From an uncultured Opitutales bacterium (GTDB lineage Bacteria; Verrucomicrobiota; Verrucomicrobiia; Opitutales; T3Sed10-336), in NCBI GenBank assembly GCA_964544025.1, contig CAZJCL010000001.1, positions 55,824 through 95,322 on the forward strand: a stretch of DNA of 39,499 nt, read 5' to 3'. The notes beneath the pieces were generated by a model, which was given only the letters and a program-made list of their open reading frames with translations, ran no database searches and was not told where the DNA came from. The first letter of the stretch is position 1, and each line of letters begins with the position of its first letter. This document shows positions 36,701 through 39,499 of this stretch, one piece after another. Both the position numbers and the translations under genes were made by a program.

Positions 36701-39499
36701 TTTGGCGGGCGGGGAGATTGTTTTTTCCTCGGGAGCCGATGTGAGCAGTGGGAGCGGAACGATCGATATCGAAGCGGCGGGCGGATCGATTCGGATGGGG
36801 GGCGGAAGTCGGATTGAGGGGGGCGCGGGGGATATTCGGCTGCACGCGGCGAACGATGTGGCGCTCGGTGGCGTGAGTAATTTAGGAGATGTTTCGATTA
36901 CCGCGTTGAGCGGATCGATTACGGGAGCGGGTTCGGGCGATGTTGACGTGGCGGCGGGCGGGTTGCGGCTTTTCGCGGGCGGTGCAATCGGAGAGCCGAC
37001 GGCGCACTTGCGGACTTCCGTCGCGACTTTGACGGCCCGGTCGGGAACGGGAGGGATTTATGTGGAGGAAACGGATTCGGTGATCGTTGGGTGGGTTGAT
37101 GTTTCGGTGGAACGCGTGGGGGACAATGGCCGGACGACTTCCGTGGGTGCCGGTTTGCAAACGGGTCTCGCGACGGGAGGGAGCGACGGGAATCTGGTTT
37201 TTCGCACGATCGGCGGAAGCATTGTTTTGGATGGGGGTGTCGCGGTTTCGGGTGAGGCGAATCTTCTTTTGAGCGCGGGGGGAGCCGGTTCGGATTTGGT
37301 GGTTAATTCTTCGGTTTCGTTTGGAGCCGGGGCGGCGAGCCTTCACGCGGGGCGGTCGATTTTTGTCGGAGTTGGGGTGGAGATTTCGGGAACGAACGTT
37401 GGCGATCTGGATCTGGAGGCGGTCTCGGGTTCGATCGTGATGGCGGATGGGGCGAGGGTTGCGAGCGGAACCGGAGCGATACGTTTGCGCGCGGCGGGTG
37501 ATGTGATTTTGGGAGAGGTGCGCACCGGTGGCGATGTTTCGATCATCGCGGAAGGCGGCTCGATTTTGGACCGGAATGGGGATTTCGCGAATGTGACGGC
37601 GCGCCGTTTGCGATTGGTGGCGGGGTCGGGAATCGGCACGCTGGGCGCGGAGGCCGATGCGATCGAGACGAAGGTGGAGCGGCTTTCGGCGCGGGCTGGC
37701 GGCGGGGGAATTAACATCCGTCAAGAAGGAGCGCTCGCGATCGGAGATGTATCGGTCTCGGTTCGCCGGGTAGGGATTTCCGGAACCACAATGCGGTTGG
37801 CGGACGCGATGCAGTCGGATGTGGCGACGGTGGGCGGAAACGGGTCGATTGTTATCCGTGTGATTGGTGGCGGGATTACTCTGGACGACGGTTCCGTGCC
37901 GGTAGATGCGGTCGCGGTTCGCGCTCACGGCAGTGGAAATGTTTTAATCGAGGCGAGCGGCGCGGGAGCGGATATTGTGGCGAACGTTTCGTATGTGCAG
38001 TCGGGTTCGGGTCACGTTTCTCTGCTGGCTGGTCGATCCGTGATTCTTCAGGGCGGGGCGGGAGTGATGACGGGCGGCGCGGGAACGGTGAGCGTGGAAG
38101 CGCTGGCGGGAGTGGTTTGGATGTCGGCCACGAGCAATATTTTCAGCGGAACCGGGAATGTCCGGTTGGTGGCGGCGACGGACGCGGCGATCGGACATGT
38201 GGCGACGGCGGGAGATGTGTCGATTCGGGCGGGCGGAAATATTTTCGGGATTTCGGATTTCAATTTGGTCGCGCACCGGGCGCGATTGGAGGCGGGCGGA
38301 AGTATCGGAGTTTCAAGGGGGGCGGGTCGCGCGATTGGGATGGAGGTTTCGGTGGTGAGTGCTCTAGCGGGCGGCGGAGGAGTTCATCTGTTTAACGGAA
38401 TCGCGCTGACGGTTGGCGAGGTGGAAGTCGCGGTGTGGAAGGTCGAGGCGGATGGCGGGGTGTCGGTGGTGACGGAGGCGGCGTTGTCGGGAATTCGCGC
38501 AACGGCGGGCGATGGCACGGTCGTTGTTCGGAGTTTGGGCGGAGTTGTCGTGGACGACGAAATCATGGCGGATGGAGTGGGGACGATTTTGGTGGAGGCG
38601 ATCGGCGTGGACGCTGTTTTGGCGGTGAATGCGGGGGTGCGATCCGGGATTGGGCATGTGACGTTGATCGGCGATTCCGTTTCGGTGGCGGATGGCGTGA
38701 CGGTGTTTAGCGGCGCGTCGGGGACGGTGGAGATCGTGGCGCGTGGAGGTGCTATTGCGATGGGCGTGGGGAGTCGCGTGGATTCGGGCTCGGGGAATGT
38801 GCGGTTGGCGGCGGCGGGGGATGTCGTTTTGGGACGTTTGGTTACCACGCGCGCGGTTTCGATTTTGGCGGCGGGAGGATCGATTTTGGGTGCCGGGAAT
38901 GAGGAACCGGTTGTGACGGCTTCGGCGTTGCGGATGGTTGCGGGCGGCGCGATTGGAACGGGAGCGAATCCGCTGGAGATCGATGTGGGGACGGTGAGCG
39001 CGCGGGCGGAGAATGGCGGGATTTATTTGCGGGCGGGTTCGGCGATTGTTGTTGGATCGGTGGCGGTGGCGGTGCAACGAGTGGGGGAATCCGGCGGGGT
39101 GTCGGAGGTTTCGGATGCGGCTTTGGCGGGAGTGGCGACGTTGGGGGGGAATGGATCGGTTGTGATTCGGGCGGGCGTGGGTTTGACAGTTAACGCGGGT
39201 GTCGCGGCGCATGGGAGCGGGAATGTTCTGCTGGAGGCGGGCGCTGTGGATGCGGAAATTTCGCTTCGGGCGAGTGTGACGTCGGGGAGCGGACATATTT
39301 CGGTTTTGGCGGGGCTGTCGGTGACGTTTGGCGCGGGCGCGGATATCGTGAGCGGCGGAGCGGGAACGGTGGATATCGCGGCGGGCGGCGGGGCGATTTG
39401 GATGGCGGACGCGAGCCGGATCGACGCGGGGGCGGGGAATGTGCGGTTGAGCGCGGCGGGCGATGTGACGTTGGGCGGAATTTTGACGACGGGGAACGT
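15720..39499 (+). CDS. Giant secreted beta-solenoid-like repeat protein of at least 7,926 codons; the 3' end lies beyond the window (not in the supplied ORF track)
   Basis: The ATG is at 15720 and the nearest in-frame upstream stop is TAG 15678-15680. I found no in-frame stop through nt 39499, by hand translation of long stretches plus checks of suspicious taa/tag/tga strings I noticed. The track lists no + ORF in this frame after 15664, which is only possible if the frame never closes. The translation is periodic and protein-like, whereas the antisense ORFs are Arg/Pro/His-rich. Confidence 0.93.
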   Translation, partial: MSKARIVSFAVEALESRILLSAAPLDSMLAGEEAAPEAVYVSAIEVEETVCGAAAMEMEEGSEELFDGAADLESTASPLEEPGEMAMQPFSEVETSAPAIFQSGFTIIDPGTTHTFRSTTGGIFFSGPGSIDGTPGATEENVRFISATAISIDVPIGGASPIHDLIVSAGSNIFFGGSIHITGDLIVERGAQVTFDRDVTVEGNIIIGDESAPGDVGGVTFNANSIVNAGGEIRIHTSGGVEFRNSVGATMVPDLVEVVAGGTVNFFHELTAGTAAVSGANVNFERAVRVDEASITAADLLTIGNVFEIGNGDAVLTANRVGFTGGYGSLQSTGAASTLTIRPFTASRAIGIGDPSGGTFNRLQISHVELNAINNGFRELIIGDLVAGTGEVRIANIGLAQTVAIAQIQNAATFAGGSVIVEGRVDVDGLADYLRLVARTGDVVVDEAINQSATERNGWVRIEAARDIVVNRPVFALDRISLTAGYFGGNGSVIVHSTGADSGQLWTTGTGPAFSERRIEISAGEGGGDIVWTDGSGAVTFWAAGSGGAIAMRAPAGAIRQNGGVIRAEVLAVRSFGDVSIVSAEVDRIGLVEFSGAALFSGVADSIDGIVIAGPGSLNFAGLQSLVVDRVTTDGGDITLITRAVIGADLTLGRIASGSGNISLSADGSIVDGLAGAGIVNLATSGRVALIASLGIGGSGSADIDTRVGGLAATNLATGGIYIHDRGNLVIDGAVETLAGDGSIILVAEGAVFTVNATVSAHGGGDVLLDAPAGDLVLDAAVRSAEGHLTIRAENNLALAGSASVWTGAPGTILLRTATGAISMSGTSAVAATGSNLRVEGGGDIGLGNLSAERVAVVSAGGSIFNSSGSAANVTADELRLEAAKAVGSAAVALTTDVARIAAFAGSADGVSKGIYLAQDGAVSVSEIGPVSVEAVSAEGGSSTVADVGGLSGLRTGNNGNIVLVAAGEARLDDGAGDGIAVSADGSGRVRIEAAGAGSDVIALGDVRSATGHVTMVAAGAVSLGSGVSVATAGAGTIFIRAEGGSVTMAGDARAVAANSAVRVSALSDIYLGEIAGADVSVEAEGGSILAATGSTMNVAASRLRLEADGSAGTEAAPLVTSVTLLAAVARGNGGGRGIFVRQYGDVSVTPLRIDGFAVSADGSEVPWSDGMLPVVAENGGDVRIVADGSVDLIAGTGSGNAVLAGGFVEVRAQGVGSDLTVSGDVRAENGAVDLFAGGSVELVVGSAVVAAGNKAVAIRAEGGTLTMADGATVATAAGRVTLFAKGDVLVSAIISETGDLFVASEEGAIFDNTAAETPNLATLGTAHLLAATGIGVAGDGDLDSGVSFLTARNTTSGDIAIHAARNLTISSAAEITSGGVRNEGVGGSVLIDTRNGSIAVAGEIFAEGGNILLETSGVGGGNLRIDAPVTAVRGAITLHAREAFSIDAAVAAVAGGTIFLWAENGGLTLSPGATVTTADESIFIRAHGNAIVTGIDAGTGGVSVVSGTGAIIDGGDANRDMAAGSLRLSAFGGIGAGNALDIDVRNLAAAANGGIDLSNFGDVAVDTVSAVSVERVLRDNTVAMVGDAGRVSDLTTTGGNIRLVSETGAITLRDGFDNDLVAVDAGGGSISIFAATEIAQFANVVTAGSGTIALGAESGSILMSDGAAAVGVAGSIVYSAGGDIWVSRIETASGDLSLTAGSRILDNTVAETPNLITSGLVSLDARNGIGDVGVADIDTEAGSLVAVNRIGGRIVIEEADGLVVSGSGISNLGGDILVTVVAGNLVVGGDVSAGGAGNVLLRTTAGSGAISGTANVSTDSGHITIFSPRAIQWSGSARIMAGGAGSLTVSAGARSVSFGSGVLVGSTSGDARLTAAADVSLGGVSTSGKVFVQAGSGSIFNNSDTYVNIVASGVRLEAGTGVGVLGASARPVTIDAGTVAARATSGGINLLESTSVSVGSVSVLTRRVNADGSFTEETGAAVSDLATTGGNGSIVLRTLDGGIRLLDGDVANGVAVQAHGSGNVLLEAGGSGAEILAGADVRSVSGHVSVVAAGSVAFSAGADILTGLAGTIYVEAVAGSVAMDDASRFSSVSGGIRVVAGGDVLLGGISTGGNVAIIAGGSILDNGDTRVDVSANGLLMNAGVGVGTLGAGANAIETSVSVLTARGGAGGIHVRESGDLVVGDVTVTVRKVSADGTVAAVVEGAQSDVATVSGDGSIVLRLTNGSLRLTAGATTSGNLAVSAHGAGNVLLDTIGAFTEIFADAGIGSGSGNISVTSAIRAGFGAGADIRTGSDGTIDVVARTGFISMDGDSVFSAEEGDIRLMAPAEILLGSLRTGGNVSVISQLASILDNGNGGVNIEARGARLFALADIGILVPIGVGSGPNPIDTDVAILTARSQAGDINILERRSVTVADVAAMVNRVNPDGSTAEVRDEAQADILTLGENGSIVLRSEGGDIFLSDGAMLVDGSAGEDGIAVSAHGSGSILIEAMGAGTDVSATADIRSGTGHITLIGARSLEFGGDTEVFTGGGGTLYLEAVTGNVEQAGDSRFVADQGDVRIAAGNSILLGGVTTNGDVSLIAGRGSILDSGNVVGRENVVARDLRLVAGSGIGTPGNHFETRVEVLSARAGSDGIFLWETDGLTVDATGATVSRVNADNTLTTVSDAEQSGVATVAGNGSIVIRTLGGNLTLDDGVAGDGDAISAHGSGNILLEAAGAGTDILAGAAIRSGSGHVTLLAARAVYFSTGADVATGGAGTIEIAARDGSITMADGVRFSSGSGDLRLHAAGSVWVGGLATGGNVSILAATGSILGNGDAQIEVVASGLRLVAGVGVGKLGVGAVPFRTTVATVTARAGGGGINLLETDALVVDDVAVTVKRVNQDATVTDFTDAAQADVATVSENGGIVIRTLAGSLTLNDGAAGADGWAVSADGSGNVLVEAGGVGAIVLANAGIVAGSGHVSVVAARSVSFAGSAGIATGGSGTIFMASISGNVSQADASRFVAENGDVRVIAAGDFRIGGITTGGNVSLIAESGSILDGGDAFGGEDVIANRLRMTAGAGIGTGNAIETRVSRLSARAGAGGIFIRETDALTIDDTWASVLRVLADGGTVGTLDSAQSDVRTADGGSIVIRSAGGSITLNDGTALADGVSVSAAGGGNVLVETIGGGGDVGVSADIVSGSGHVSVLAGRNVLFGAGADIWTGGAGTLNIEAATGSVVMDDETRFGAETGSVRVYAAVDVIVGGVSTGGDVSISAVGGSIRSAGDSYLDVVADGLRLVAGGGIGKSGAENDPIRTSVAVLSARTGSGGINLVEADALVVDDVRVAVERVNFDASTTAAVDAVQSGIVSGGSVLLRTLGGDLTLNAGSAPANGIAIEKTGAGTILVEAAGAGTSVFVNGEIAGYRGDVSVIADRSVVFADAGISLNVIFSGTIFVRAGAGSIVMEGESIFRSAGGDMRLEAFEDVRLGQLRAGVYGGGTTISVTATSGSILNNAPEMSLNVAADRLRLVAGIGVGVLGELAKAVETQVGSVAVRAGGGGINILNRGDLAVEGVASKVNRVNEDGSVTALAEAVLSDVRTVSGNGSIVLRTLGGDLTLNDGTAPADGIAVSAHGTGNIRLEAAGAESDLLVNANVESGGGYISMLGGRDIRFAAGVRVSGSGKTLDLEAGSGSIVMGDGTVFDGGAADIRLRAGLDVVVGGIATSGNVSITSVAGSVLSGGKAEVDVAANGLRLAAGTGVGTLGVGAKALRTAVATLSARSETGSINILNTGMLAVDDVAVSVFRVGIDGVADVVTDAAQSDVRTFGGNGSIILRTVAGNLTLNDGTASADGVAVSAHGTGNILLEAGGAVSDLAVNAEVRSGSGNITLLAGRNVGIGAVSVTTGGAGTIDVEAEAGSISMADGGSISAADGNVRLHAAGDVILSGIRTSGDVAVTANWGSILDGGDTYVDVAANGLRLLSRGGIGTLGTGANGIETAVATLSARADDGGIHIVEADALVVGTVGVAVRRVMANGLLTWVTYLGQSDVRTTGDGSIVLRTISGDLTLTDGTGPADGVAVSARVNVLLEAGGADSDLLVNADVRLELGAASLVAGGSVTLGAGVRIANGGRGSIEVEASGGSITMSEGSSISGGSGTVHLWAAVDVSLGEVSTTRDVWIVALAGSISDNGVDSVNVAARNLRMVAGVGIGTLGAGADAIETRVSVLNARAGSGGINILEADDLEIGAFAVSVRRVERDGTIGGEVPLRAAAEDGRVATTDGDGSIVVRTVAGSLVLGDGVWAVPATVSADGSGSILLEANGAGSDVIVGGRVEAVSGSITVAAARSVSILGDFWIWSGTGTTDVEARGGSIEMSPLAWVGGNHLRLRAAEDVVLGSAFAAGNASITAVDGSISRGSAGGIDVTAGGLRLSAGTGIGTLGAGAMPLRTNAMILSARAGGGGVNVLEANALVVGTVSVTVQRVMADGSLTALTDAGQSDAATTGGNGSIVLRTVVGSLGLTDGVGPADGVAVSAHGTGNVLLEAGGAVSDLAVNADVRSGSGNVTLRAGRNVTFAGTGVLTGGMGTVFVEAAGGSIGMGDASLIFAESGNVRLRAAGSVTLGGVWTGGHVSIIAANGSILDGGDSYTDVVASGLRLVAGVGIGTLGGGANGIDVAAGTLSARGGSSGVHVVATNALTVGTVSVTVQRVAADGSVTPVTDAALSDVRTTGGDGSVVLRTLAGNLTLTDGTAFADGVAVSAHGAGNVLLEAGGAVSDLAVNAEVRSGSGNITLLAGRSVRIGEVAVTTGGAGTVDVEAGAGSISVADGGAVSAGDGNVRLRAAGDVVLSGIATGGDVSVTSVSGWILDGGDTFADVAANGLRLSAGAGIGTLGAGANGIETVVARLSARAGGGGIHVLEADALIVGTVGVAVRRVTADGSVTLVTDEAQSDVVTTGGDGSIVLRTVAGSLTLTDGTGLADGVAVSAHGAGNVLVEAGGAGADLAVNAAVVSGSGHVTLFARRSAIFAASSVATGTGGTISVEAATGSISMSVGSRVDGAGSIRLYAAESVRLSEVVSTGGDVSVTAVSGSILGNGDGRVALAGEGIRLVAGVGIGTLGAVVNPVGMSGGTVSARAGSGGINLLETDSLVVGTVSVTVERVAADGSVSTVTDAALSDVRTTGGNGSVVIRAVKGSLTLTDGMGAGDGVSVAAHGSGNVLLQAGGSSSDILIHASVTSGTGHLSLIAGRNVTLSAGTLVSSGGTGTVDIEATAGSIMMADTSRVASEIGTIRLRAGTDVTLGGVEAKGNVSVEAIQGWILDGGDTYTDVIAQGLNLVAGVGVGRLGAGANAIETQAVILNARAGSGGINVVEADGLRTGVSMSMHVFRVLPSATLFLRAAGVATGIQTIGGDGSVVIRTLAGSLELNSVVANDYRAAIAHGSGNILLHAGGAGSNLTLNGGVVSGEGHISLIANRSVVIAQPREVATGSGSVNVEASQGTIFMVNGSRILSGAGNIRLHAAEDVALGGIATTGDVSISAVAGSILDNGDAHLDVAANGLRIVAGVGIGTLGTGANGIETAVATVSARAGSGGVNILEADALTVGDVAVTVRKVRADATVESVQDAVQSDVRTISGNGSIVIRTVAGGLTLNDGTAAADGVAVSAHGSGNVFLEAGGSESLLNVNADVVSGSGHITLFSGRDAVLSGAQVLSGGLGTVVIRTGGSITMSEDSRIDGGAGNIQLAAARDVWLGGVRTSGGVSITAVSGSVLDSGGTSVNVEASGLRLMAGAGIGTLGAESNPIRTAVATLNAEAGAGGINILEADSLEIVIGDPVVFIVRRVLETGGTMGFIELYHRVLTTTSGNGDIVIRTTNGSIRLDSADGEWRGVAAHSSGNILLEAGGANSDLSAHVSVMSGGGHVTLLAGRNIELFAEVSTGIGTGEAGTVILEAGSGSITMADASLISTASGSVRLHAALDIVLGGILAGGNVAITAVGGSILDGGDVLEDVVAPGLRLVAGEGIGRLGAGANAIEAAVGRLSARAGAGGINVLATYGLVIGDVAVVTQRVGADGSVTAVTDEAQSDVATIAGNGSIVVRTLGGDLVLNDGSAPEDGVSVWSHGSGNIRLESGGATSDLLVNADVRSDSGNVTLLAGGSLIFADEAGISTDGFVDLEAIAGSIVTGGALRISGGNIRLHAGDDIVLGSILSSGDVSVSSANGSILNGGTGGVNIVADRLRLFAGAGIGTLGAGANALTTRVNALTARAGSGGINIFNTGSVTVSTVGVVTGRVGIDALVTTVTVPEQSDLATAGNGSIVLRTVDGGIAFDEGRSVSAHGEGNVLLEATGSESAVVIGGAVLSGAGHVTVTGESGVTFSGIGARIATGGAGTVTVESGRGISMAAVHEIVAESGNIRLVADLSVTVGRIATAGDVSMVAGRAIRGAAGSSVHVEAAGLRLDSRAGIGGMGFAPFVTDVSVLSARVEDGRITILEMDDLTIDGVAVMVHKVGADGSTAPVMDVLQSDVVSGGDVILGTVNGTLTLNDGSAPGDGIAVSAGLNVRLEAAGAESDLVVNGEIRSATRAVDLRAGRSVIFDSGARVVALGQGTVNVEAAGGGIAMADGALIDTALGIRLHAHGDVVLGGLRVWETVGKVAVVSASGSILDGGDAHIDVVAKELSLWAAAGIGELGEEADAIETRVGVVSAWSGGGVNLLETDGLVVGAVAVSVRRVDADGTDAEFTAEALFGLTSGGATVVRTVEGDLVLTAGSGGERAVEAAGNVLLAAGGIRADLTVGGGVVSGGHLTLLAGRSVTVASGVTISGAGTANVEAGTGSILMGAGSRVETAGNVRMAAATDVVLGVLETGGDVSITAVAGSILRNAEETGALVARMLRLNAGAGIGILGEGAYPLLTSVTRVSARAGNGGINLFNTGSLTVGLVRVAVSKVLADGGTEMVEDGPQADLVTAGGDGSIVVRVFDGDLVLTDGPGGEAGVAVSAHGAGNILLATDAGRLIRVNAGVVSANGNISILAGGEIVFSSGADVSSGSGTIDIEAAGGSIRMGGGSRIEGGAGDIRLHAANDVALGGVSNLGDVSITALSGSITGAGSGDVDVAAGGLRLFAGGAIGEPTAHLRTSVATLTARSGTGGIYVEETDSVIVGWVDVSVERVGDNGRTTSVGAGLQTGLATGGSDGNLVFRTIGGSIVLDGGVAVSGEANLLLSAGGAGSDLVVNSSVSFGAGAASLHAGRSIFVGVGVEISGTNVGDLDLEAVSGSIVMADGARVASGTGAIRLRAAGDVILGEVRTGGDVSIIAEGGSILDRNGDFANVTARRLRLVAGSGIGTLGAEADAIETKVERLSARAGGGGINIRQEGALAIGDVSVSVRRVGISGTTMRLADAMQSDVATVGGNGSIVIRVIGGGITLDDGSVPVDAVAVRAHGSGNVLIEASGAGADIVANVSYVQSGSGHVSLLAGRSVILQGGAGVMTGGAGTVSVEALAGVVWMSATSNIFSGTGNVRLVAATDAAIGHVATAGDVSIRAGGNIFGISDFNLVAHRARLEAGGSIGVSRGAGRAIGMEVSVVSALAGGGGVHLFNGIALTVGEVEVAVWKVEADGGVSVVTEAALSGIRATAGDGTVVVRSLGGVVVDDEIMADGVGTILVEAIGVDAVLAVNAGVRSGIGHVTLIGDSVSVADGVTVFSGASGTVEIVARGGAIAMGVGSRVDSGSGNVRLAAAGDVVLGRLVTTRAVSILAAGGSILGAGNEEPVVTASALRMVAGGAIGTGANPLEIDVGTVSARAENGGIYLRAGSAIVVGSVAVAVQRVGESGGVSEVSDAALAGVATLGGNGSVVIRAGVGLTVNAGVAAHGSGNVLLEAGAVDAEISLRASVTSGSGHISVLAGLSVTFGAGADIVSGGAGTVDIAAGGGAIWMADASRIDAGAGNVRLSAAGDVTLGGILTTGN
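15792..16013 (+). other. Acidic, Glu-rich low-complexity linker following the N-terminal motif
   Basis: The sequence is LDSMLAGEEAAPEAVYVSAIEVEETVCGAAAMEMEEGSEELFDGAADLESTASPLEEPGEMAMQPFSEVETSAP. It contains the only Cys I saw in gene 3. Confidence 0.6.
17700..39499 (+). repeat. About 33 tandem copies of a ~225-aa higher-order solenoid unit (645-708 bp in the regular part, 576-666 bp in the first six)
   Basis: The 'G-S-I-[LF]-[DN]' anchor occurs at about nt 17712, 18302, 18968, 19633, 20247, 20823, 21410, 22083, 22762, 23470, 24143, 24823, 25491, 26176, 26856, 27530, 28198, 28873, 29553, 30228, 30900, 31578, 32255, 32925, 33610, 34280, 34940, 35597, 36240, 36910, 37555, 38230 and 38875. A second landmark, SAHGSGN[VI]LLEA, recurs with the same period. 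Confidence 0.88.

Noticed and set aside
15723-39296. Other long minus-strand ORFs over gene 3 (15723..18758, 18804..20183, 18835..19815, 21938..23305, 23948..25348, 27891..28799, 28796..30013, 29577..31298, 30680..31912, 31707..35627, 36882..37928, 38364..39296 and others)
   Set aside because: They are antisense shadows of a G/T-third-position-biased ORF. The codon-aligned ones are R/P/H-rich, and the offset ones are P/S/T/A-rich mirror images of the Gly/Ala/Val/Ser repeats. They overlap one another in different frames, which real genes of this size do not do.
39480-39499. The idea that the window is circular, so that gene 3 and gene 1 would be one ~10.4k-codon ORF. The window ends at ...LGGILTTGN(V), only about 8 residues of unit phase before the GSILD with which the window begins.
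   Set aside because: A direct end-to-start join is out of frame: the gt+c codon puts the next codons at nt 2, 5, ... and hits TAG near nt 221. It also lacks the expected VSI-A-- rung. The phase proximity is probably coincidence, or reflects paralogous arrays.

Overview
The + strand is high-GC and very G-rich. Apart from one 55-bp spacer (15665-15719), the whole window is + strand coding sequence from three co-directional giant genes.

(1) nt 3-7457: the last 2,484 codons of a 5'-truncated, Cys-free beta-solenoid-like repeat protein.

(2) nt 7454-15664: a 2,736-aa secreted protein. It has a signal peptide, an Asp-box/BNR-type beta-propeller, and 27 in-phase 234-bp (78-aa) tandem CHB_HEX_C/Fn3_assoc-like domains. 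A 28th copy is interleaved with three ~75-aa 'YQLQTS-DL-W...FFRV' modules. Its ATG overlaps the gene-1 stop (ATGA).

(3) nt 15720 to the window end: an ORF of at least 7,926 codons with no stop in the window, so the supplied ORF track does not list it. It opens with a LEPR-XLL-like motif (LESRILLSA) and an acidic linker. It then carries about 33 copies of a ~225-aa (~645-708 bp) higher-order solenoid unit. Gene 1 begins, at the window edge, with the same unit type, so genes 1 and 3 look paralogous.

The long minus-strand ORFs in the track (up to 2,311 codons) are codon-aligned antisense shadows. Each ends exactly at a rare sense TCA/TTA/CTA codon.

I see no rRNA, tRNA, CRISPR array, transposase or integrase. 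The domain vocabulary suggests a PVC-superphylum organism (Verrucomicrobiota, Planctomycetota or Kiritimatiellota); this is inference only.

The candidate novel system is the three-gene giant surface-protein locus itself: two solenoid giants flanking a translationally coupled propeller plus poly-Ig rod protein.
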